Assembly (NCBI GenBank): GCA_036676985.1
Contig: JAKFBU010000030.1
Span: 86,494 to 150,493, forward strand
From: Candidatus Sericytochromatia bacterium
GTDB taxonomy: Bacteria; Cyanobacteriota; Sericytochromatia; S15B-MN24; UBA4093
Direction of reading: 5' to 3'
Length of the DNA: 64,000 nt
Shown here: positions 17,075 to 26,929 of the stretch, piece by piece
Layout of the letters: every line of letters starts with the position of its first letter
How positions within the stretch are numbered: position 1 is the stretch's first letter
Program-made: the position numbers and the translations under genes
Notes under the pieces: generated by a model
Databases searched by the model: none
The model's input: only the letters and a program-made list of their open reading frames with translations
What the model was told of the DNA's origin: nothing

Positions 17075-18970
17075 ATGCGACGGTTCGTAACAGGTTTGCT
17101 CACCCTCCTGGCGCTCTGTGGCTGCCAGACGCTCGTTCCAGCACGTCCAGCGGGCCCGCAGGGCGTCGAGTCGCAGGCGGTCCAGTCGGCGAGCCTCAAC
17201 ATCCGCCTCTCCCTGCCGCGCGAGACCCAGGCCTTGCCTACCAACACCCAGTCGATCAAGGTCCTCCTGCGCAAGACCGGGCTCACCGATCGCACGGCCA
17301 CGGTCAACACCGGCACCGCCACCACCGTCACCTTCTCAGCCCTGCCACCCGGTAGCGGCTACACCCTCTACGCCGCGAGCTACTCCGGCCTGAACGCCAC
17401 GGGCACCATGCTGAGCTGGGGTACCCTGCCCCTGACTTTGGCCTCGGGCCTCAACACGGCCTCCTTCGGGCTCTCGGTGGCCGTGCGCTCAGGCACGGGC
17501 GTCGACGACCTGGTGGCGGGCCCCGCGGGAAACCAGGCCCAGCAGTTCGGCACCCAGCGGCTCTTCACCTCCATGAACGACTTCAACGCGCCGGGGGCCG
17601 CCGCGAGCGGCATCGAGGTCTTCTTTCCGAACCAGAACGCCTTCCTGGCCAAGTTCGGGTCCCTCGGGGCAGCAAACGGGCAGTTCTCCAACAGCATCCA
17701 GAACCTCGCCATCGACAGCCGCGACCGGATCTGGGTGACGGATCTCGGCCACAGCCGCGTCTGCCAGTTCGACGCCAACGGTAACTTCCTGCGCGGCATC
17801 GGCGGAGGCGTCACCTGGACCTCCGCCCAGGCGCCGCCCGCGACGGGCTCCAACGCCACCAACCTGGGCCTCAACGCCCCCTTCGGCGTGGCGGTGGACG
17901 TCAACGACAACCTCTACGTGGCCGACAGCGCCAACCGCCGGGTCATGAAGTACGACCCGAACGGCAACTTCCTGATGGGCATCGGCAACGGCACGGTATG
18001 GTACGCGGGCACGACCGCCCCGGCACCCGTGAGCGGCAACGCCAACGGCTACTTCGCCAACAGCTACGGCATCGACGTGGGGCCGGACGGCGTCATCTAC
18101 GTCTGCGACAGCAACAACCATCGGGTCCAGGTCTTCAGTCCGTCGGGAGCCTTCATTCGCGGCATGGGCAACGGCACGACCTGGACGGGGGCGGCGCCTG
18201 CACCCATCGCGAGCGACAGCGCCCGGTACTTCACGACCTCGTGGCACCCCAAGCTCGACGCCAACGGCTTGCTCTACGTTACGGACAACACGAGCCGTGT
18301 CCAGGTCTTCGACGGCAACGGCAACTACCTCCGGACCTTCTCGGCCGTCGCTCCGGACAAGCCGACCGCCGCCGCGGGCTTCCTGGGCATCAGCCCCACG
18401 GGCCTGCTGTACGTCGTCAACCACGGCAGCCAGCCCTACTTCACCCAGATCTTCACGCCGCAGGGCGTCGTGCTCTCCCGTTACGGCACCTATGGCACGG
18501 GCGACGGGCAGGTCAACCGCCCCGAGGCCATCGAGTGGGCCTCCGACGGCACCTTCTACCAGACGGACCGCAGCAACATGCGGGTGCTGCGCTATCGCGG
18601 CATCCAGCCGAACGCCGTCACCGGCGGCCTCCGGCTCACGGGCCACCGCCAGCCGGATACGCCCGCGTTCTCGAACTCGGGCACCTATGACACCCCCGGC
18701 ATCGACGCCGGGGCCAGCACCACGTGGGGCTCGCTCTTCTGGAACGTCGCCTCGCAGCCGACCAACACGGGCGTGGCGACGGCCGTCGCCACCTCGAGCA
18801 ACGGCCTCGACTGGGGCTCCTGGACCGCGGTGGCGGGCTCGTCGGCGGTGGGCAACAACTCGGCGAACCTGACGGGCATCAGCGGTCGCTTCCTCAAGGT
18901 CCGCGTGACGCTCTTGACCACCGACACCTCGGTCAGCCCCGAGGTGCAGGACGTGGGGGTGACCTACTGA
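17075..18970 (+). CDS. Lipoprotein: RxTQ N-domain + NHL-repeat beta-propeller + C-terminal beta domain
   Basis: ATG 17075 after GGAGG; lipobox LCGC; NHL repeats (PFGVAVDVNDNLYVADSANRRVMKYD, GTYGTGDGQVNRPEAI). Confidence 0.85.
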   Translation: MRRFVTGLLTLLALCGCQTLVPARPAGPQGVESQAVQSASLNIRLSLPRETQALPTNTQSIKVLLRKTGLTDRTATVNTGTATTVTFSALPPGSGYTLYAASYSGLNATGTMLSWGTLPLTLASGLNTASFGLSVAVRSGTGVDDLVAGPAGNQAQQFGTQRLFTSMNDFNAPGAAASGIEVFFPNQNAFLAKFGSLGAANGQFSNSIQNLAIDSRDRIWVTDLGHSRVCQFDANGNFLRGIGGGVTWTSAQAPPATGSNATNLGLNAPFGVAVDVNDNLYVADSANRRVMKYDPNGNFLMGIGNGTVWYAGTTAPAPVSGNANGYFANSYGIDVGPDGVIYVCDSNNHRVQVFSPSGAFIRGMGNGTTWTGAAPAPIASDSARYFTTSWHPKLDANGLLYVTDNTSRVQVFDGNGNYLRTFSAVAPDKPTAAAGFLGISPTGLLYVVNHGSQPYFTQIFTPQGVVLSRYGTYGTGDGQVNRPEAIEWASDGTFYQTDRSNMRVLRYRGIQPNAVTGGLRLTGHRQPDTPAFSNSGTYDTPGIDAGASTTWGSLFWNVASQPTNTGVATAVATSSNGLDWGSWTAVAGSSAVGNNSANLTGISGRFLKVRVTLLTTDTSVSPEVQDVGVTY

Positions 18971-19029
18971 TGAGCCCAATCAATCGCCCGAAGGGCATAC
19001 CAAATAGGCTCTCCGGCGCGGAACGCGCG

Positions 19030-22000
19030 ATGCGCCGCCTTCATCGCCATCTCACAGGTGCCCTCATTGCCGCCCTCGCCTTGACGGGTTGCCACCCGAG
19101 CATGCGCCCGCCGGCCCTCGTCGCGCCCGTCCAGGCGCCCACCGCGAGCCACGAGGCCACGGCGCTCTGGGGTCAGGTCGTCGCGGGCTACTCGACCCAG
19201 GCTACCGCCGCCCAGCTCGTCAGCTACGCGACGGTCACGCTGCTCGACGGCAGCAACCAGGTCGTCGCCACGGGCCTCACGGACGGGTCGGGGGCGTTCA
19301 GCCTCAACCCCTTCGTGAGCTGGACGCCCACCACCAACGCCGTCTACGTCCTGGACGCCCTCAAGACCTTCGACAAGACCAACGACCGTGCGGGGCTGCG
19401 CTTCCGGACGCTCGTGAGCTGGGACGGGAGCCAGTGGCGATCGATCTCCGGCACCACCGCCGCGGCCGCTGGCGGTGCGGGCATCCGGCTCAGCGCCCAG
19501 ACCACGGCGATCGCCTCCATCTCGAGCCTGCGCGCCATCGCGGCAAGCTCCCTCCTGGGCACCCTCGATCCCGTCACCGGGGCCTTCACCGAGACGGGCG
19601 GCATCACGTCGGCCGTGCTCTCCACGGTCACGGGCCTGGTCAACCAGGCCCTGGGCGCGAACCTGGATCCGGTGGGCCACCTCGCCTACTCGTCCGCCGA
19701 TGGCAGCTATCGCCTCACGCTGAACGGCGGCTCGGGCCGCGTGCTCTTCGACATGGAAGACGCGATGGGCAACTCCCTGAACAACCGTACGGTGGTGAAG
19801 GGGCATGACGGCGGAGCCGCCTACGGCTTCGGCAGCACCGCGGGGCTCTACCTGTCGCAGTTCGGCGCGAGCGGCTCAATCGCAAGCACGCTGAACCACC
19901 CCATGGGCCTCGACGTCGACCGCTTCGGCAACGTCTACGTGGCCGAGCACGACAACCACCGCATCTCGAAGTTCGCGCCCGACGGCCGTGTCCTCTGGAC
20001 GCTCGGCGCCAGCGGCTCGTTGGCGGGAAAGTTCCAGTACCCCACCGACGTGAGCGTCGATCAGAACGGCAACCTGCTCGTCACCGACTACCTGAACCAC
20101 CGGGTACAGAAGTTCGACGCCTTCGGGAACCTGCTCTTCGGCATCGGGGGCGGCGCCCGCTGGACGGGCACGGCGCCCGCCTGGAGCACCGTCATCAACT
20201 CCGGGCACAACTTCTTCTACAACCCGCACTACGCCAAGTTCGACTCGGCCGGCAGCTTCTGGGTCGGCGACACGCTGCACCACCGCATGCTCAAGTACGA
20301 TCCCAACGGCAACTTCGTGATGGGTATCGGGGCGGGCACCAAGTGGACCACGACCTACCAGCCCAACAGCCTCCGCGGCAACACCGCGGCCAACTACACG
20401 GGAAGCTTCCTGTGGGGCAACCAAGCCCTGGTCCGCGAGACCGACGCCATCGCGACCGACGGCAACTACTTCTACGTCCACGATGGTCATGCCACCAACG
20501 GGGGCTTCTACAAGATCGATCTCTCGGGCGGCCAGGTGGCGGGCCCGGGACCGACGCCCTACCTCGGCAGCGTCCGGGGCTCTCTGGCCGCCGTGAACAA
20601 GCGCCTGTACTACCGGGGCTCGGGCACCGGAGCGAACAAGATCATCGTCCTGGATCCCGCCACCATGGGCGAGATCGGCTACATGCTCCAGAACGGCACG
20701 GGAACCATCGCGAGCGCGAACAACGACGCGCACCCCTGGGGCACGACCTTCGGCTGGATGAACTACGGCCTCACCACTGACGGCCGCTACCTCTACATCC
20801 CCGAGGACACGGGCCCCGGCACCACGTTCCTGATCCGGGTCTACGATCCGTTCAACAACATGGCCTGGGTCCGCGACATCTCCTGTCCGGTGCCCGCGGG
20901 CACCATGAACTTCGATCACCACGGCTACTACACCAACGGCGAGTACTTCGTCGTCTGCGGCTACATCGAGCCCACCCTGTCCCTGCCGCGCAACTACCGG
21001 TTCCGCCTCTCGGACGGGGTGTACCTGGGCACCGAGGACGGCTACGATCCCTTCACCGCCAACTTGGTGGGCGCCTGCTACGACTACGTCCGTCAGCGCG
21101 TCCTGCGCCAGGAGCACTCCAGCGGTCGGTTCGCGGCTTACTCCAACGAGTGGAGCGGCAATGCCAACGGCTGGTTCAACACGCTCACCGGCTTCGCCGT
21201 CTCCCCCAACGGGGACCTCTACGTGTGCGATCGCGCCAACCACCGGATCCAGCGGTTCGACCCGAACGGCAACTACGTCTCGCAGTGGGGCACGCAGGGG
21301 ACGGGCAGCGGCCAGTTCGATCAGCCGGAGGACGCCGTCATCGACAACGCGGGCAACGTGTGGGTCAGCGACGGCTGGGGAGCCAACCACCGGGTCCAGA
21401 AGTTCGATCGAGCGGGAACCTACATGAGGCAGCTCGGGGCCCTGGGCACCGGCAACGGCCAGTTCGACCGCCCGCGCGGGCTCGCCTTCGCGCCGGACGG
21501 CACGCTGGTGGTCGCGGACTGGATGAACAACCGCGTGCAGCGCTTCCTGCCCACCACGTCCCAGCTGACCTCCCCGGCGTACGGGAACTTCAACGCCGCC
21601 CGCGGGACCCTTTCCTTCTGGTTCAAGCCCAAGTGGAACGGCTCGGAGACCGCCACGCGAGTCTTCTTCCGGGAGACCGGCGGGAATGCCAACAACATCG
21701 GCTTCCACAAGATCGGAACCCAGTTCTACCTCTACATGATCGACAACCTGGCAGACAACTCGCGCGCCGTGCGCGTCGGCATGGGCCCCTCGGACGTGGC
21801 GCAGATCAAGGCCGGCGAGTGGCATCATATCGCCGCCACCTGGGACACGGCGGCCGGTCAGTACCGCTTCTTCTTCAACGGCCGCGAGTACCGGAGCTAT
21901 TCCACCAACCTGGGGCTCGTGCTGAACATGGGACCGAGCGGAACGTTCTACGTCGGCAGCGAGCCGGACGGCACCTCGATGGTGGACTCGGCCCTCGACG

Positions 22001-22074
22001 ACTTCCGGATCCACGACTACCCCAAGAGCGCCGAGGAGATCCTCCGGGACTACCGCGGCCTGGTGCAGGAGTAG
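19030..22074 (+). CDS. Large lipoprotein: YxTQ N-domain + NHL repeats + LamG/ConA-like domain
   Basis: Lipobox LTGC (start ATG 19030, or 18970); many NHL repeats; GTLSFWFKP..WHHIAATWD..LDDFRIHD LamG signature. Confidence 0.85.
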   Translation: MRRLHRHLTGALIAALALTGCHPSMRPPALVAPVQAPTASHEATALWGQVVAGYSTQATAAQLVSYATVTLLDGSNQVVATGLTDGSGAFSLNPFVSWTPTTNAVYVLDALKTFDKTNDRAGLRFRTLVSWDGSQWRSISGTTAAAAGGAGIRLSAQTTAIASISSLRAIAASSLLGTLDPVTGAFTETGGITSAVLSTVTGLVNQALGANLDPVGHLAYSSADGSYRLTLNGGSGRVLFDMEDAMGNSLNNRTVVKGHDGGAAYGFGSTAGLYLSQFGASGSIASTLNHPMGLDVDRFGNVYVAEHDNHRISKFAPDGRVLWTLGASGSLAGKFQYPTDVSVDQNGNLLVTDYLNHRVQKFDAFGNLLFGIGGGARWTGTAPAWSTVINSGHNFFYNPHYAKFDSAGSFWVGDTLHHRMLKYDPNGNFVMGIGAGTKWTTTYQPNSLRGNTAANYTGSFLWGNQALVRETDAIATDGNYFYVHDGHATNGGFYKIDLSGGQVAGPGPTPYLGSVRGSLAAVNKRLYYRGSGTGANKIIVLDPATMGEIGYMLQNGTGTIASANNDAHPWGTTFGWMNYGLTTDGRYLYIPEDTGPGTTFLIRVYDPFNNMAWVRDISCPVPAGTMNFDHHGYYTNGEYFVVCGYIEPTLSLPRNYRFRLSDGVYLGTEDGYDPFTANLVGACYDYVRQRVLRQEHSSGRFAAYSNEWSGNANGWFNTLTGFAVSPNGDLYVCDRANHRIQRFDPNGNYVSQWGTQGTGSGQFDQPEDAVIDNAGNVWVSDGWGANHRVQKFDRAGTYMRQLGALGTGNGQFDRPRGLAFAPDGTLVVADWMNNRVQRFLPTTSQLTSPAYGNFNAARGTLSFWFKPKWNGSETATRVFFRETGGNANNIGFHKIGTQFYLYMIDNLADNSRAVRVGMGPSDVAQIKAGEWHHIAATWDTAAGQYRFFFNGREYRSYSTNLGLVLNMGPSGTFYVGSEPDGTSMVDSALDDFRIHDYPKSAEEILRDYRGLVQE

Positions 22075-22078
22075 GCCC

Positions 22079-24373
22079 ATGGAACGCTTGAGACTACTGC
22101 TCGCCTTTTGCGCGGCGCTCCTGCTCATCGCCTGCAAGCCTCCGGCCCAGGTGACGCCCCCGCCGGTCGTCGTGTCGGCGTCCGAGTTGCAAGGCCAGCT
22201 GATATTGCCCGAGGGCTACCAGACGCAGGCCAATGCCTCGCAGGTTCGCGCGAACGCCACCGTCACGCTGATCGATCCCGCGACCTTCCAGGCCAAGGGC
22301 ACGGGCATCACCGCGAGCGACGGGACCTTCACCGTCCGGGCGCTCCCGACCTTCACCCCGGCCGTCGGGGGACTCTACCTCCTGGAGTCGAACAAGACCC
22401 TCGGCGGAGCGGGCAACGCCGCGTTCCGCCTGCGCACGCTGGTGCAGTTCACGACATCGGGCTGGACCTCCGTCTCGGGAGCGGCCGTCCAGCTCTCCAC
22501 GGCCACCACGGCGGTCGCCCTGCTATGGGACCATCATGGGCTTGCAGCGGCGAACGTCCTCTCCAAGGTGACCTACGAGGCCGTCACGCGCACGCATCGC
22601 TTCAGTGCCCTCACGACCACCCTGACCGAGGAGAAGCTGCGCGAGGTGGAGGCCCTCGTCAACGAGGCGCTCCTGCTCAACGTCGACCCGATTCACGTCA
22701 TGCGCCCCGGATCCGACGGGAAATTCGGCCTTTCCTTGAGCGATCGCCCCCGCAACCAGCTCGTCAACGGCAGCTTCGAGGAGGGCGGCACGGGCCTGGC
22801 TTACTGGAAGCTCAACAACCCCGGAATTGCCTCCTGGTCGGCCGAGACGGGCGTGGTCTTCGAGGGCAAGCGCTCCATCAAGCTGACGGTCAACGCGGCG
22901 GGGGACACCTGGTTCGGCCAGGGCTGGAACGACTCGACCGACACCTTCGGGATCCAGCTCGCCACGGGGACGGCCTACACCTTCTCGGTCTATGCCCGGG
23001 GGGCCGTGGGGGGCGAGAAGCTCGCCCTCTGCCTGAACTACCAGAAGCCCTTCTTCGAGGTCACGAGCCCGACCTTCATCCTCTCCACCAGCTGGCAGCG
23101 CTACTCCTGGACCCTGGTTGCCGCCAACACCACCGACCGCGCCTTCTTCATGCTCCGCAACGGCAGCGGCATCGGCCAGGCGACCTTCCCGTCCAGCGTC
23201 TACGTGGATGCCGTGCAGCTCGAGACGGGCGGGGCCGCGACCGACTACGGCGGGTCGGGCAGCCTCTTGCAGGAGGGCTTCGCCAACTCCCTCGAGAGCA
23301 CGGGCGTCACGTTCGCCCAGGGGCGCTCGGGCCGAGCGGTGATGGTCGACAACTGGCTCAACGTCATTCCCTCCAACTCGAGCTTCGAGACCGACTCGAA
23401 CGCCGACGGCATCCCGGACGGGATGACGCTCATCAGCTCCGGCGCCACCTATTCGTTGGACCCCGAGGCCCTGTTCGACACCCGGTCCCTCAAGATCGAG
23501 AAGAGCACCGCCACCGGCACGTTCGTCGGGTACCCCCTGACGCATACCTTCAAGCCAGGCAAGACCTATACCTTCTCGGTGTGGGTCAAGGGGCAGAACG
23601 TGCAGGGCCCCCAGAACGCGTCCGACTTCGCCCTCTACGTCGATGCCCTGCCCGTCACGGGGGGCTACGAAGTTTTCAGTACCGCGATGCCCGTCGGCAC
23701 GTTCGACTGGACGCGCGTCACCGCCACGCACACCTTCAGCAAGGAGTGCGGTGCGGCGAACGTCTACCCCATCTTCCGCAACAAGACGGGCACGGTGTGG
23801 TTCGACGGCCTGCAGGTCGAGGAGAATGGCCAGGCCTCTCCCTACGCGGGTAACTTCGGCGCCGATCGCCTCTCCTTCGACGCCGCTCACTACAGCCCCT
23901 ATCAGGGCACGATCTCGTTCTGGTACAAGCCCACCTACAACTGGGCGAGCGACAAGGACCTGGGCGATATCTTCGGATTGGTGAACGCCTCGGGCAACGA
24001 GCTGCTGCTCGTCAGGAAGTCCAGCAACCAGGACGGAACCAACCGGCTGACGCTCGGGAGCTGGGATGGCACGACCTCTCAAGGCAATGAGTGGCGGCCG
24101 AGCGGCACGCCCTGGGTGGCGGGCACCTGGCACCACCTGGCCCTCACCTGGGGGAATCGCGGCGTGGAGTTCTTCCTGGACGGCGAACAGGTGAGTCAGA
24201 TCCCGTACTTTGGGCCCATCAACGCGGGCAGCCCGTTCAGCCGCCTCTGTTTTGCCGGTAACAACCTCGGCGCGAACTACCTCGGCGGCACCAACGGCCT
24301 CCTGGACGGCCTGAAGGTCTGGGACCTCCAGAAGTCGCCCGAGGCCGTGCGGCGCGAGTACCTGGGGTTCTAG
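22079..24373 (+). CDS. Lipoprotein: YxTQ N-domain + two CBM4/9-like domains + LamG domain
   Basis: Lipobox LIAC; NQLVNGSFE..YTFSVYARG..YVDAVQLE and NSSFE..YTFSVWVKG..WFDGLQVE; GTISFWYKP..WHHLALTW..LDGLKVWD. Confidence 0.85.
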   Translation: MERLRLLLAFCAALLLIACKPPAQVTPPPVVVSASELQGQLILPEGYQTQANASQVRANATVTLIDPATFQAKGTGITASDGTFTVRALPTFTPAVGGLYLLESNKTLGGAGNAAFRLRTLVQFTTSGWTSVSGAAVQLSTATTAVALLWDHHGLAAANVLSKVTYEAVTRTHRFSALTTTLTEEKLREVEALVNEALLLNVDPIHVMRPGSDGKFGLSLSDRPRNQLVNGSFEEGGTGLAYWKLNNPGIASWSAETGVVFEGKRSIKLTVNAAGDTWFGQGWNDSTDTFGIQLATGTAYTFSVYARGAVGGEKLALCLNYQKPFFEVTSPTFILSTSWQRYSWTLVAANTTDRAFFMLRNGSGIGQATFPSSVYVDAVQLETGGAATDYGGSGSLLQEGFANSLESTGVTFAQGRSGRAVMVDNWLNVIPSNSSFETDSNADGIPDGMTLISSGATYSLDPEALFDTRSLKIEKSTATGTFVGYPLTHTFKPGKTYTFSVWVKGQNVQGPQNASDFALYVDALPVTGGYEVFSTAMPVGTFDWTRVTATHTFSKECGAANVYPIFRNKTGTVWFDGLQVEENGQASPYAGNFGADRLSFDAAHYSPYQGTISFWYKPTYNWASDKDLGDIFGLVNASGNELLLVRKSSNQDGTNRLTLGSWDGTTSQGNEWRPSGTPWVAGTWHHLALTWGNRGVEFFLDGEQVSQIPYFGPINAGSPFSRLCFAGNNLGANYLGGTNGLLDGLKVWDLQKSPEAVRREYLGF

Positions 24374-24400
24374 GCGCCGACCTCCCGGATCGCAGACCCT

Positions 24401-24427
24401 GGCCCCCGGCTTTCGCCGGGGTGACGG
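24401..24427. repeat. REP-like palindrome (reverse complement CCGTCACCCCGGCGAAAGCCGGGGGCC)
   Basis: CCCCGGC-TTTC-GCCGGGG hairpin with GTCA flank between convergent genes; single copy in window. Confidence 0.5.
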
Positions 24428-24466
24428 CATGCCTAAGCCAGGAAAGCAGATTCCAGGTACGGGACA

Positions 24467-24500
24467 AAAGGAAAAGGCCCGCCTCCAAAGGGAGGCGGGC
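24467..24500 (-). terminator. Intrinsic terminator of DUF3465 gene
   Basis: GCCCGCCTCC-AAAG-GGAGGCGGGC with T-rich tail on the minus strand. Confidence 0.7.
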
Positions 24501-24507
24501 TGCTTGC

Positions 24508-24960
24508 TTACTGGTAGAGCTTGCCGTTGAGCTTCACGTAGCCGCCCTCGCCGCCCTTGGGGTCGTGGTGCGTCCAGTGGATGACGTCGTAGGGCTGCTC
24601 CTCGATGAACACGCCCTTGACCTCCACCTGGTCCCCCACCTTGAGGGGAATGTACGGCGCCAGGTCGATGTTGTGCGCGCACTGGACGACATTGGTCTGG
24701 CCGTTGGCGCTCCTGGTCTCGAAGCGGAAGAGCTGGTGCTTGAGGCCCTGCATGTCGTCCGGCAACAGGATCGTGACCGTGCCCTTCAGCGTCTTGAAGG
24801 TGCGCGCCTGGAGCGGCTTGGCGAGCGCGTCCAGGTTCGCGACGACGGTCGATGTGCTGCTCAGCGAGCGGCCGGCGGGCGACCCGCCGCAACCGGCGAG
24901 CAGCGAGAGGGCAACAGCACCTGCAACCAGGGCCACAACGGGGTTTCGGTGAAGACTCAT
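24508..24960 (-). CDS. DUF3465-family lipoprotein
   Basis: ATG 24960 after AAAGGA; lipobox LAGC; LPDD..G.KHQ.F, AHNIDLAP, VIHWTHHDP..GGY....G.LY. Confidence 0.85.
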   Translation of the reverse strand: MSLHRNPVVALVAGAVALSLLAGCGGSPAGRSLSSTSTVVANLDALAKPLQARTFKTLKGTVTILLPDDMQGLKHQLFRFETRSANGQTNVVQCAHNIDLAPYIPLKVGDQVEVKGVFIEEQPYDVIHWTHHDPKGGEGGYVKLNGKLYQ

Positions 24961-25103
24961 GACGTCCTTTCTGAGGCTTACTCGGTTATCCCACGATCGA
25001 TTCAATTGTTGGGGTTGTTTCAAAACCATCTAAAGGCCAGGTTAACAACCTGACCTCAGCATACCGAGTGAGCGACCTGGAAGCAAGTCGTCAGGCCGCT
25101 CAT

Positions 25104-25125
25104 AGCATTAAAGAAGCATTAAAGA
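25104..25125. promoter_or_regulatory. Perfect 11-bp tandem repeat upstream of DUF3465 gene
   Basis: AGCATTAAAGA x2 in an AT-rich intergenic region. Confidence 0.5.
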
Positions 25126-25130
25126 GGTGT

Positions 25131-26858
25131 TTAATCTCCGTAAGATCGCTTGAGGAGCTGAGGGGCTCCCTCGTGCAGCGACCAGAAGGTGTAGTCCCGG
25201 CCGGGGAAGAGGCCGAGCATCCGGCGGGTGTTGGTGAAGCGCGCCACGTCCGAGCCCGTGAAGCGGTAGGCCTCGTTCTCGGTGACGATCCACGGGCGGC
25301 CCAGGCTGTCGCTCACCAGGCCGACGACGCGGGCGGTGGTGTCGACGGGCGCCCAGGCCGGGGAGACGAGGCCGAGGGTCTGCGGGTTCAATTCCGCGAG
25401 GATGGCGCGGGCGTTGCCCGTGTCCTGCTTGACCACGAAGACCCGGCCAGTCGGGGCGATGGTGAAGGCCCGGAGCTCCCCGGGCACCGCGGAGAGGTCC
25501 GCCTCGGCGGCCGCGAGGCTCATGGTCGGGTTGCGGGCATCGTAGACCGGCACGGCGTACAGGGCCTCGGAGGTCGCGATCCACATGCGGTCCAGGACCG
25601 TCGAGCCGAAGCTGTGATGCCATCCGATGAGGCGCGAGGGCTTGCCCCGCACGTTCCCGGTGCTCACGAGGCGCCCGGCGGTGTCGGCCACGACGATCTT
25701 GCCGCTGTCGTCACCCGTCACGCCCATCCAGACCTTGCGCCCCAGGCCGTCGGTGTCGATGCCGAGCACCGCAGGCGCGGGCCCCACGTCCACCGAGCCC
25801 AGGAAGTTGCCCCACTCGTCGTAGCGCGCCACGCGGGTACCGTCCGAGCGCTGGTTGCCGACCCACACGACGGGGGACGAGCCCGTCTCGTCGATGGCGA
25901 GCTGCCCGGGCACAAAGCGATCGCGCAGGAGGTTGGTGGTCGGGCGGCTGTAGCCCCAGTCGGGACGCGCCCGGTCGAAGCGCATGATCGAGTTGGAGGC
26001 GGGGCAGCTCACCCACAGGAACTGGCCTCCGTCCATCTCCGCCCAGTGGGGCGTCGAGTCGGTCCGGCGCTCCGAGAGGACCGCCAGCGTGCCCGCCTGC
26101 GACAGGTCCAGGGTGGTGGGCGCGGGCTTGGGGACGGGCGTGTAGACCGGATCGGGAGCGGTGGTGGGCGAGGTCGAGGCCCCGGGTCGCGGGGTCTCGG
26201 TCACGGGCAGGATGGCCGTGGGATCGTCGCTCAAGCCTTCTTCATGGGCGAGCCGGCTCAGGAGGTTCTCGATCCGGCTCTTGATGATCTGGTGGCCCGC
26301 CAAGAAGGCGTCGGTTGAGCCCGAGATGCCCTCGGGGCTGAGGTCGGGCACGTCGGCGTCCAGCATCATGCTGCGGGCCTGGGCCGCGATCTCGTCGAAC
26401 TCCGGCTGCTGGAGGCCCGTGAGCTTGAGGCGGGTGCGCCCGAGGCGGTTGGCCACCATGGTGCTCGCGGCCGTGATCAGGGTCGTGGAGGGCGTGCCCG
26501 ACTTGAGGCGCAGGAAGGCCATGACCCGGGTCTTGGCGCCGTCGGTCGCCACCGCGAGGTACAGCCCCTCGGGCACCTCCTGCTGGAAGGCGAACTGGCC
26601 CGTCCCGTCCACCCGGGCGTCGGTCAGGCCATTGAGGCCCTGGCCGTCACGGGTGTAGAGGCGCACGACCGTGCCCACCCCGGGCTTCTCGACGAGCGGA
26701 GCGCCCTCCTGACCCACCACCTGCTTGGCAGGCAAAAAGACGCTGCCCTGCACGCGCACGGTGGCCGCCTGCTGGATCGCGGCGGGGGCGAAGATCTGGC
26801 AGGCGCTCATGAGCCCCATGGCCATGACCGCCGCGCATGCGCTCCAGTGGTTCCTCAT
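25131..26858 (-). CDS. Lipoprotein with transthyretin-like N-domain and C-terminal beta-propeller-like region
   Basis: SD GGAGG; lipobox MSAC; RVDGTGQFAF, ITAASTMVA; repeated xWVx/xWIx strands. Confidence 0.72.
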   Translation of the reverse strand: MRNHWSACAAVMAMGLMSACQIFAPAAIQQAATVRVQGSVFLPAKQVVGQEGAPLVEKPGVGTVVRLYTRDGQGLNGLTDARVDGTGQFAFQQEVPEGLYLAVATDGAKTRVMAFLRLKSGTPSTTLITAASTMVANRLGRTRLKLTGLQQPEFDEIAAQARSMMLDADVPDLSPEGISGSTDAFLAGHQIIKSRIENLLSRLAHEEGLSDDPTAILPVTETPRPGASTSPTTAPDPVYTPVPKPAPTTLDLSQAGTLAVLSERRTDSTPHWAEMDGGQFLWVSCPASNSIMRFDRARPDWGYSRPTTNLLRDRFVPGQLAIDETGSSPVVWVGNQRSDGTRVARYDEWGNFLGSVDVGPAPAVLGIDTDGLGRKVWMGVTGDDSGKIVVADTAGRLVSTGNVRGKPSRLIGWHHSFGSTVLDRMWIATSEALYAVPVYDARNPTMSLAAAEADLSAVPGELRAFTIAPTGRVFVVKQDTGNARAILAELNPQTLGLVSPAWAPVDTTARVVGLVSDSLGRPWIVTENEAYRFTGSDVARFTNTRRMLGLFPGRDYTFWSLHEGAPQLLKRSYGD

Positions 26859-26894
26859 GCAGCCTCCATGCCCGTCTTATACCCGTTCGACACC

Positions 26895-26923
26895 TTGCCG
26901 GAAGCCTCCTCTCACGTTACGCT
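26895..26923 (+). promoter_or_regulatory. Putative leaderless promoter for ABC operon
   Basis: TTGCCG-17 nt-TACGCT, then 6 nt to GTG 26930. Confidence 0.55.
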
Positions 26924-26929
26924 TGGGGG

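Noticed and set aside
20370-21150. Intein as explanation for the insert
   Set aside because: No C/S start with HN-[CST] end and no Hint or LAGLIDADG motifs seen
17075-22074. Diversity-generating retroelement or shufflon acting on the adhesins
   Set aside because: Paralog similarity is short and not adenine-specific; no reverse transcriptase or recombinase in the window
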